Virus record (IMG/VR): IMGVR_UViG_3300033076_001341
Location: 32,001 to 96,000 of that record
Origin: a virus
Lineage: Duplodnaviria > Caudoviricetes
Direction: 5' to 3' (one strand)
Length of the DNA: 64,000 bases
The position numbers and the translations under genes are program-made. The notes below the pieces were generated by a model. The model made no database searches, was not told the DNA's origin, and was given only the letters and a program-made list of their open reading frames with translations. Shown here piece by piece: positions 1 to 9,600 of the stretch. The stretch's first letter is position 1; each line of letters begins with the position of its first letter.

Positions 1-2
1 TT

Positions 3-605
3 GAGAGCGTTCGCAATTCAATTGTAAATGCATTAACTTTGAAGCGTGAGTCTGAAGTAGATGGAGCGTTGATGGATGAGCTTGAATACGCTCTTGAATA
101 TGACCTCAATAATTTAAATACTAAGTACCCACCTGATGAAAGACCCAAGAATGAACCCGCTGCTAAAAATACAAAACCCCGAAAGGCAAAGCGAAGAGCA
201 AAAGAAGCAAGTGAAGAATCTGCTGTTGATGCGAGTGCTGCCCCTAAAAAGCAAACTAAGAATTCTCGCAAAAGCAAAAGTAAACCAGATTCTCTCCAGG
301 AGAGCATTGAACAATTAGAGATTCAATTCGAGGAAGCAAAAGCTGACGTTCGTGTACAAACGGAGAACGCAAACATTACTCCTGTCGTTCCCGTAGAGCA
401 ATACGAAACCACGCTGGATTCACTAGTTACAGATTTACTGCAGAACCCGGAGGAGCTTGTCCGCCTGGTTGAATTTGTAGAAAGTTCACCTAGAACTACA
501 AAAAAGTCTACAAAAAATCGTAAATTTGAAGTAGGAAGCACTTATACTCAGGACGATAATAATCCCTTCGATTCCCTGGGTGAAGGCATCTTCTGCAAAC
601 TGTAG
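3..605 (+). CDS. C-terminal part of a large (probably virion/ejection) protein, truncated by the window start
   Basis: Frame is open from nt 3 to TAG at 605; Lys/Glu-rich low-complexity tail ending GIFCKL; lies directly upstream of the giant RNAP gene. Confidence 0.7.
   Translation, partial: ESVRNSIVNALTLKRESEVDGALMDELEYALEYDLNNLNTKYPPDERPKNEPAAKNTKPRKAKRRAKEASEESAVDASAAPKKQTKNSRKSKSKPDSLQESIEQLEIQFEEAKADVRVQTENANITPVVPVEQYETTLDSLVTDLLQNPEELVRLVEFVESSPRTTKKSTKNRKFEVGSTYTQDDNNPFDSLGEGIFCKL
521..528 (+). promoter_or_regulatory. Bacteroidota-type -7 promoter box (TAAATTTG) preceded by TCTACA boxes, upstream of the RNAP gene
   Basis: Matches TAnnTTTG; TGTAGA at 476, ACTACA at 495 and TCTACA at 507 just upstream; about 100 nt before ATG 625. 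Confidence 0.45.
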
Positions 606-624
606 TATCCCATCCCCTTGAATA

Positions 625-3600
625 ATGTCTTGCACTATAGATTCCAAGGTGCTGCGCACCGCGCTTGAAAAAGCTCTACGTACCAATCCTGAAAAATATC
701 GCAACCTTGAAAACTCGGTTCGCGACGTTATGCGATTGTCAAACCTGACTGATGAAGTCAAGGTAAAGGTTATAGCTGCATACAGCGAACTGTACAAACA
801 CCTATCTAGAAAGTCTACAGCTTTTGAATTAAACAACCTCGATACATTCCTGGACGCCCGCGTGGTTCCCATGATTGATGATACTTCTCTGAGCGCCTCG
901 CGTTTCACTGAAGCATTGTCTATGATCCAGGAGCAACTCGGAGTGACTCCCGCCACCGGTACTACGCAGAACATCCGCGCTAAAGAACTGGCGGTTGCGT
1001 TATCGGAAGCTATCGAGAGTCCACTGGTTGGACGTTACGCCCGCATCAAAGCAGTAGCGGACACCGTGGTTCAAGAGCGCAGTCTGCTGGACGCCGGGAT
1101 GAACGACTCCCAGGAACTCAACAGTGTAAAATTGCTGGAGAACGCCATTGACAAATTGCAGAACAGCGGTATGGACAAAAACACTGTCCGCAACCTGATG
1201 AAAGCATTGTCTCCCGCACTGGCGCAACTGCGTACTCCAAACAGCGAAAACGGATACATTGACCTTCGCTTAATCCCGGAACTTTCCTCCAATCGTTTTG
1301 AAGCGTACCTCTCTGACGGATCTATTGTCGATCTGCTTAAAGAAGGTGAGAGCTACATGATTCTCGATGAGAACCTGCAGAGCACCGGTGAAGTCTATGA
1401 CCTTAGTGCAAACCCTGCACCTAAAGCGGTCTTCCCTGTACCCAGCTCCTGGATTGCCAACGACGGCGCTACACTCCTGATCAACGGTGATGAGATCAAC
1501 ACCGGTCTGGTAATGATTGGTGCAGACCTGGAGGCATTCAGTAACGAAGTAATGAGTTCGACCAACAATCCGGTCAACACCGTTACCGTAGTTGCTAATA
1601 ACAGCAACGCTGCCCGCAATGCTGCCCGCTTTAATATCATTCGTCAGGCAGTAGCTCAATACCCTGCACTTGCTAACCGTACCATTGAAACCCGCGAAAG
1701 TGCTGCGCAGGTACGTGCCCTGCAGAGTGGTAAACCCGTGCTGACCCGTGCTCGCCTGAGCGATGGATTTTCCCTTCAATTGGTTTCTCCTTCCGGAAAG
1801 ATGGTCACTGTCCTGAACTACAACGATTACGTCGTGGTATTCCCAGACAACACTACCCGCAGACTGGATCTTGAAAACGAAGAGGATCTGAATCTCTTTG
1901 CGCAGCTGACCAATATCCGCTACACCAAGGGAGCAGCTAAGAACACCGTGCGTCCAACGACGATGGATGACTTGTACATGTTGCGTGATGGTGCCCGCCG
2001 CTATAAAGCGTTCGAAGCAGAAGTCAACGCATTGCTTGACAAAGGAGAGACAACCATTCCAACATCTGTATTCAGCAAGTACTTCGAGTTGCAAAACCAG
2101 GTGTACTACAATGACTTTACTAATTCATACGACACCATGGAGAAAGTCTATGGAGAGCGTTTTGATCAGTTCGTCAATAAGCACAACGGCGGATTCTCCG
2201 TAGACGTTGTAAACATCAACGATAAAACCAATCCTACCAAGCGTCAGTTGCCGGCAATCTTTGCACCGGTATACACGACCCGCAATGCTCGTCGCGGTGA
2301 TGCGTGGAGACCCATCGAACTATTGGGTCCCGATGAATACGTACTGCACGAGGGTAAGATTTACAAGTGGAAAGAATACGTAGAAAAAGTATTGATGAGC
2401 ACCATGGGTGACTCGATCTCTAAACTGAGTTTGCTTTCCGGTCACCGCTACGCCAGTTTGTTTCCTGTCAGCGGAACCAAGCATGCTGTGATTCCACTCA
2501 TCCGTAACAAGCAACCCAAAGTAACCGCCCAGTACGCTGATGTACTGCTGAACCTCGGACGCTTCGTTGCAAACTTTACCTCGACCACTCCTACTAAAAC
2601 ATACACCAACAACTTCAACAATGAAGTATTTGGTTTTGAAATTGTCAGCGGTGTACGTGCCGACTTCTTTACCAACATTGGTAAGAACGGTAAGCCGTAT
2701 CTGGCGGTGCAGTTCAATGCAAAAGACACGCATGCAGATGCTGCCTTCTTTAACGAGAATGCCAGCTTGCTGAACTTTGCCGTGAGCAGTGATCCACTGG
2801 ATAAGATCATGGAAACCGTTAAGGCGTTCTATGAATCCCAGGGTCTTGATTTTGTTTACGAGTCTGCAGCAGATGCCAAGCGTATCGCTGAAGAACTCAA
2901 TGGTCTGTTCACCAATGCTGCCGGCAAAGAAGCGGTGCAGAAACTGCAGGAAGAGATTGATAACATCTATCAAAAGTTTACCAAGGACGTACACACGAAG
3001 TTTGGTAAGAAGCTGGATAGTTTGCTCAACCATCCTGAAGCAGAAACCCGTGAGATGGCGCAGCAGATGATCGGCACCAAGGAGAAGTTCATGTTCCAGC
3101 TCTTTGAACAGGTTGAAAATAAACCCGTGCTCAAAGTTCAGAACAAGGAAACCACCTACCGTGACCTGAGTAGCTACTACACGTATAAGTCCAACATGTT
3201 TAGCCGCCTGTCACTTCGTTACAACATGGTTAGTCCATTTGAGCGCAGTGAGTTCAGCGATGCACTCGATGAGATGGAGACTCTTGTTGTACCACCGATT
3301 GACTTGTTTACTACTGAGCAAGACGTTGAAAATAATTTCACCATGTTCCCCGGTGCTACTCCAGAGAGTGGCAGCAGCAGACTGGATGACTTTGATATGT
3401 TTGATCCCTTTGAAGGAGGTGCAGCTTCGCTGGGTGATGCCTTGCAGCTTGCCGCTTTTGAACAGGGTGAATTCCAACGCCAGGTTGATTACATCCGCGA
3501 GCGTCTTCCCAAAGACATTGCTATTGATGATCTGGATAAGATTGTCCGTAACCTGGACGCTGAAGGTAACGTGCTTGGATACATCAAAGACAAGGTGATT

Positions 3601-6600
3601 TACCTAAATGAGAATCTTTCTCGTCCTGGAACTGCCTATCACGAAGCATTCCACGCCGTGTTCCGGTATTTGTTATCTCCTGAAGAGCGTGCAAACCTGT
3701 TGAGTCGCGAGTACGAGAGCATGGGTATTATTTCTGAGTCAGCAATTGCTGAATTCAGAAAGCAACGCCGTGGTCTTGCACACATGAGCAACACCGAAGT
3801 GATCGAGCTGATGGCGGAAGAACGTATGGCGGACAAGTTTCAGTCCTACGCGATTAAGAAAACGAAACCACAGACATGGTATGCCAAGTTGTTTAATCTC
3901 ATTCAACGTCTGATTGAGTTTTTCACGAAACACAAAAATGAAATCGAACAGACCTTTGACAGAATCCACAGCGGGTTCTACTCCAGTGCGTCTGCCAAAG
4001 AATACAGCGGTGTAGAAGGTGCTTACCAACTGATCAAGACCGTTCCGACCATGGGTCTGCTGGATGGTAAGATCAAAGGATTTACCGAAAGCATGAACGC
4101 TGCAGACATGATGGAGCTGCGTAACATGATGGTCTATGAAATGCTGCGCACCAAGAATGCTGCTGGCATGACAGCTGATCAGCGTTACGACGAAGTTGCC
4201 AACATGCTGCGCTCTTATTACAACATTGACAATTTCATCCGTCAGCGTCCCGATGCGGAGTCTTTCATCCGCAGTAAGTATGAAACTAAGTTGCGTGACT
4301 TCCGTTACGTTTTGGGTGGACTACAGAACGGTGAGAAGTATGCGGTTCTGAACCTCACAGGTGATCCTCGTTATGACAACAAGTTTATCGATGGTACCAA
4401 CGAAGGAGTGATTGCCCAGAATGCACAAGAGAGCTACCGTCAGATGAAGCAGATGGTCCTGGAGATTGTTGAGAATCTGAACACCACCGACACCATTGAA
4501 AACGCCTTGGCAACAGGTGCGATCAACGAGACGGACAGCGGTGATGTGGTGATGCAGGCAAAAGCTGACGTGGAAGAGACGGGCGCAAAAGATCCGGATA
4601 TCTCTCTTCTGGAAACAGGAACCTCTGATGGTGATCGTGAATTCAGAAAGATATTCCAGTTCCTGGTCTATGAGCAGGAAGACTTCGGAGTGGGAATCAC
4701 CATTCGCAGACCTGTTGACGCAGATAAGTTATTTGACTCCGTAAAGAAGATTACGGTAAATACTCCCAAGGCAGAGATTCTGCCTCAGATCCGTCAGCGC
4801 ATTGAAACGCTGGAGCAGGATCTGGAGCACATCAACCGACTCCTCGGTCGGATCAGCGGCTATCCTGCTGAACGGGATAACACTTACGAACTGGCGCAGA
4901 GTTTAAAGGCGATGATGAACATGCTCACTACCACCTGTGGTATTGAGAACAACATCCCGACCCGCAACGAAGCAATGTTCAACCAGTTCCACAGTGTCTT
5001 CTATGTCGCCTCTGGAGAGATCTCCCGGGTAGACATCAAGACCAAACGGGAGTTTGATGCTGCCGGTGTAGCGATTTCCAGTGAGATGCGCGTCGTAGAC
5101 GTAGCACAAACCCAGGATAATTTTGCTGCGCTTAATAAAGTTATTGACGGATACAACAACACCTACCGTTTACTACCGGAGACCAGCGACGGAGGATACT
5201 TCCGCGCCAGCAAGAAGCAGATTCAAGCGGATCTGAAAGAGACCATGGACATTATCCTGGAACGTGGATCAAAAGAGATCAGCACGTTCTACCTGGAAAA
5301 CGGAGAGTTCTCCGATGCCATGGTAAACAAACTTGCCGATGACCTGTATGTCATCTCCAGTTCTGCCGGTCTGGGTCTTCCCCGACATTTCTTCCATTTC
5401 TCCCTGGTTGCTATGATCCAGGCGAGCGGTTATCGTATTCCTGAAGGAAGCGAAGCGCGCTCGATCCTGATGGCAAATACTGACATCTACAAGGAGAAAG
5501 GATACATGACGCCCAGCATGCTGACAGCAATGCGCTACATGTTCAGCTACTCCGACAAAGTGCCGTTGTTTGAAAACACCGCTAACAAAACCCGCAAGTC
5601 AGTCGTTGCCAGCTTCCTGCCGGCAATGATGTACGTGACCCGCTATGATCAGTCAATTGGTCAGCCGGTAGTGATGAACACCACCGGTAATAAGATCTAC
5701 CGCTTTACGCTCTACTCGCCCAACATGCAGGTGGTGCAGGATCTTCAGCAGCTGGGTCTCAACGAGTTTGTCAAGGACGTCTATGGTCAGGACTTCGTAA
5801 GTTGGTTTAATGACAACCCTTACTTACAGGAAGGTGTACTCAGCGATTTGTTACAGGAGTACCTGAAGGTCGGATACCTCAATGGACTTTCTCAGCAGAT
5901 TGACGAAGGAGATAACATTAACACCGACGTCAGCAAAATTGACAAAAAAGGATACCATCTTTCTAACCTGGCGTTGTTTGCAGACCGCAAGTCTTACAGT
6001 CGTGCGGGACAGAAGCTGACAACGTTCAAGCGGATTACGTCTCAGAACGATGCGACCGGCACCGTGTTCCATGTAACGGGTCGTTACGAGGAATACATGA
6101 CCACCGTTGGAAACGCAAAGACAGAGTTCAACGGAAAGAAAGTCAGCATGATCAGTGCGCGTCTTGCCGGCTTGATTCAGCAGGAATACAACCGTATCCA
6201 AAAAGAATACCAGGAGCGGGACGTCAACAAGACCCGCTACAATGATTACAACGGTAAGTTACTTGCCGATGGAACCGTAGATACGACCAGTGCAAAGTTG
6301 CGTGCGTATAACTTCCATCACCTGGACAGTTTCTTCTTAAATGAGATTGGTGCAACAGACTCCAGCATTGTGGATGAGAATGTAGCTGCCAGGGTGTACA
6401 TGCGCGAGCAGTTGATTGCTGCAGCTAAAGAAGGAAAGTCTTTTGCAGATACGTTGAGTAGTCCTGCACTGGCACCGCTGTTTGAACAACTGGACTTGTA
6501 CGCACAAGATGAATTTGAGTTCTTCCTGGAGAACCTGGAGAATGAAAAGATCATTGAAAAAGTTGGAGCTGATTACAGCACTGCTTTCTTTGACACTTCC

Positions 6601-9600
6601 TACAAACTTAATGGGGAGAACAAAACGGGTGCGCTGGGTAATTCACTGAAGACGCACCTGAACGATTACTTTTTCAATGACTGGGTGAACCGATTGCTTG
6701 TTAACCAACTCTTTGATGGTGACAAGGCAGTAGGTATCAAGAGCGCCGTGGATTACTACAAGCGTTTGAAGTCTCAGGCTGCTGCCGGCAAAAACGCCGA
6801 GAGCGCCAGCCGGATCATCAAGCACGGTACCAGCACCTATCGCCATGTGGTGATTACCACTCCTGGAAATAAAGAAATTCCTGTGTACTTCGATCCCAGT
6901 GACCTGACTAAACCTCAGCAGCACTCCAGCGAAGGCATGGAAAACTATAAAGCATTTGAGATCATGGATGGTCACGTCTACCAGACACTGAACCACCGCA
7001 TGAAGTTCCTCAGTGCTGAAGGCAAGCTTGATGCCCGCAGTGAAGAGATCATTCGCTCTTTGCGATACAAGCGTGCAAGCTTTGAGGAGATTGAATACCT
7101 GGAGAGTCGTGGTATCCAGCTGAACCCGCAAAAGACGGTAACAGCGCACCCGATTCACTACCTCAAGATGAGTGAGCACTACATCAACCGTCTGACCGTG
7201 AGCTACTACCGCGCCGCTGACAAGCGTGCTGCCAGGGACCGTGTCGCTGAAATGTACAAGCTGCTCGATCTGTACGAAGGTCAATTGGATTTAGGCATCG
7301 AGGTGAACGAAAACGGTGAGTCTATCGAAAGACTTTACCGCGATACAGTGACCAAGATCCACCAGGAGTTTGCACCGATCAACGGCAGACAGATGCTGCA
7401 CAGCATGCTCAACAACATGGAGTATCATCGCCTGGGACAACTGAGTGATAACAGTGCTTCCAAGCGGGGAACTATTATTCCTGCCAGCGTCACCATAGAG
7501 CAATTAGAATCAGGTGATACTTACTGGGATCTCGATAATCACGTAGCGACCATTCCGATGCGATATGCGTACAACCAGGTAGCAACTGAAATGCATCACC
7601 ATGATGTAACGGATTCTATTCAGCCAAAGTTGCTTATTGATACGGACATTGACCTGAAGGACCCCAATGTTCCGGAAGACCTTAAGAAGCTGGTGCGTAC
7701 GTACCGTACCCTGCTGAACAACATGTCAGTGAACTCCCGCAAGAAGTTCGAGCGCGTAGTTAAAAAAGGCGGAAAGATTGACACAGCAAACTTCTACAAG
7801 ATGATCCAGGAGTCCCTGCAGAAACAGGGTGCTCCCCAGCACATGCTCAAGATGTGGGACGTTGTAGACGGAGAACCGGTGCACAGTGCAAACTTGCCAG
7901 GTATTACCGAGGCGTTGAAATACTATGTATTCAGCAGCGCCAATGCAAGCTTGTTCCAACCAAAAGCACCTGGTTACAAGTTCTACCACGGTTCCTCTTT
8001 CGGATACAAGATCATCGTTGATGAAAACGATGTGCCGGTACCGGACGAAGAGATCCGCAAGAACCCTGAGAAATATAATAATTACGAAACCCGGTATCCA
8101 TCGTTCCGCAAGACTATCAATGCCGAAGGTGTTGAAGAGTATTACGTAGAGGTATTGATTCCAAGACCAACCAGCACCAACCCCAAGAAGTTGCGTGTGC
8201 TGGAGAAGTCCCTGGAGGAGTTCTTTGGTACCCGTATCCCTACGGAGGATAAACGCTCCATGGTGCGGGTGAAAGTGGCTGGTTATATTGACGCTACCTA
8301 TATCAATACGATTGTCGTTCCAGAACAGATTCACTATTTGTCCGGATCAGATAAAGATATCGATGCGTTGTACGTACGTATGCTCGGCACCTATGACAAC
8401 GTCCTGGGTGAATTGAACATCTACGGGGATTACTCCGAGTACGAGGATCGCTACGGCATGGATGCAAAGACTGCACGCTTTGTGGAGTACCTGCATTACA
8501 TGATGAACGATCCATTCTTCGGACCGCTGGTGAGCAAGGAACTCCGTCGTATGAAAGAAGACGCCGGATACAAAGTAGAGAACCTCAAAGAAAGCGCTGC
8601 CATGTTTGGTCCTAAAGTGCAGGAGTTCTTTACCCGCTCTATGGACGACATCATGAGCGCTATGCAGAGTCGTTTCAGGGACCTCAAAGAATCTAAACAG
8701 ATCCAGACAACCGGCAAGAAGTTTACTTCTTTTGAAGACCTGCGTGACATCGTGGATGCACAAGGCGACGAGAGCAGTGTAGAGCTTCAGCGTCAGCTTC
8801 GTCTCCTGGAAAAGATGGCGGCAGTTGTCAACGTATTGCAAGGTACGGACATGCCGGTGACTGCAGAGGAGCTGATGAAGTATGAGAAAGCAAACGGCTC
8901 TCCTGTGATTCCGATTATCCAGAACGAGATTACCTCGGTGATGAACAAGATCCTGGGTCACAATTATGTCTTTGATAATCTGTACAGCAAGGAATTCTCC
9001 AACGCAGATATTTATAAAAACGCCGTAGACAAACTGGGTCGCGATGAAAAGGACACCATTGGTCAGAGCAATTTTGCAACGATCACGTCGGTATCGAACG
9101 TGCGTGACTCCAACAAGAGCGCCAAGCGTGGTATCGAGATCTTTGCAGCGTTCAACAAAGGATTGAGTATTGCCGTAAAGCACGGTCTGAAGCTGCAGGA
9201 ACCAATCTGGAACATCAACGGTAAAACGTACAAGAGCTTCAGTATCGAGGATGGTGATGACCCAAGCAGACAGCGTGCACATGCATTGATCGGAAACTCC
9301 CTGGGTATGAGCGCCGATGCGGCGAAGAACCCTTATCCTGCCGTACTGAGTCTGAATCAGTACAACATGGCGGTGACTGCTACGATGCTGAGTCTGGGTA
9401 TTGATCCTTATCTGAGCATCTACATCAACCTGATGCCTTCAGTCAAAAATGCCGTGAGTGTGTACGAAGCAGAAGCAGAAGGATCTGTGCGACGCAGTTA
9501 TAAAAACGGTACAAGCTTATCGACGCACCTCTTCAATACGCTGACCTATAAGTTAAATGAACTCTCTGTTGGCGATGCTGCACAGCAAGCGTTTGCCAAG

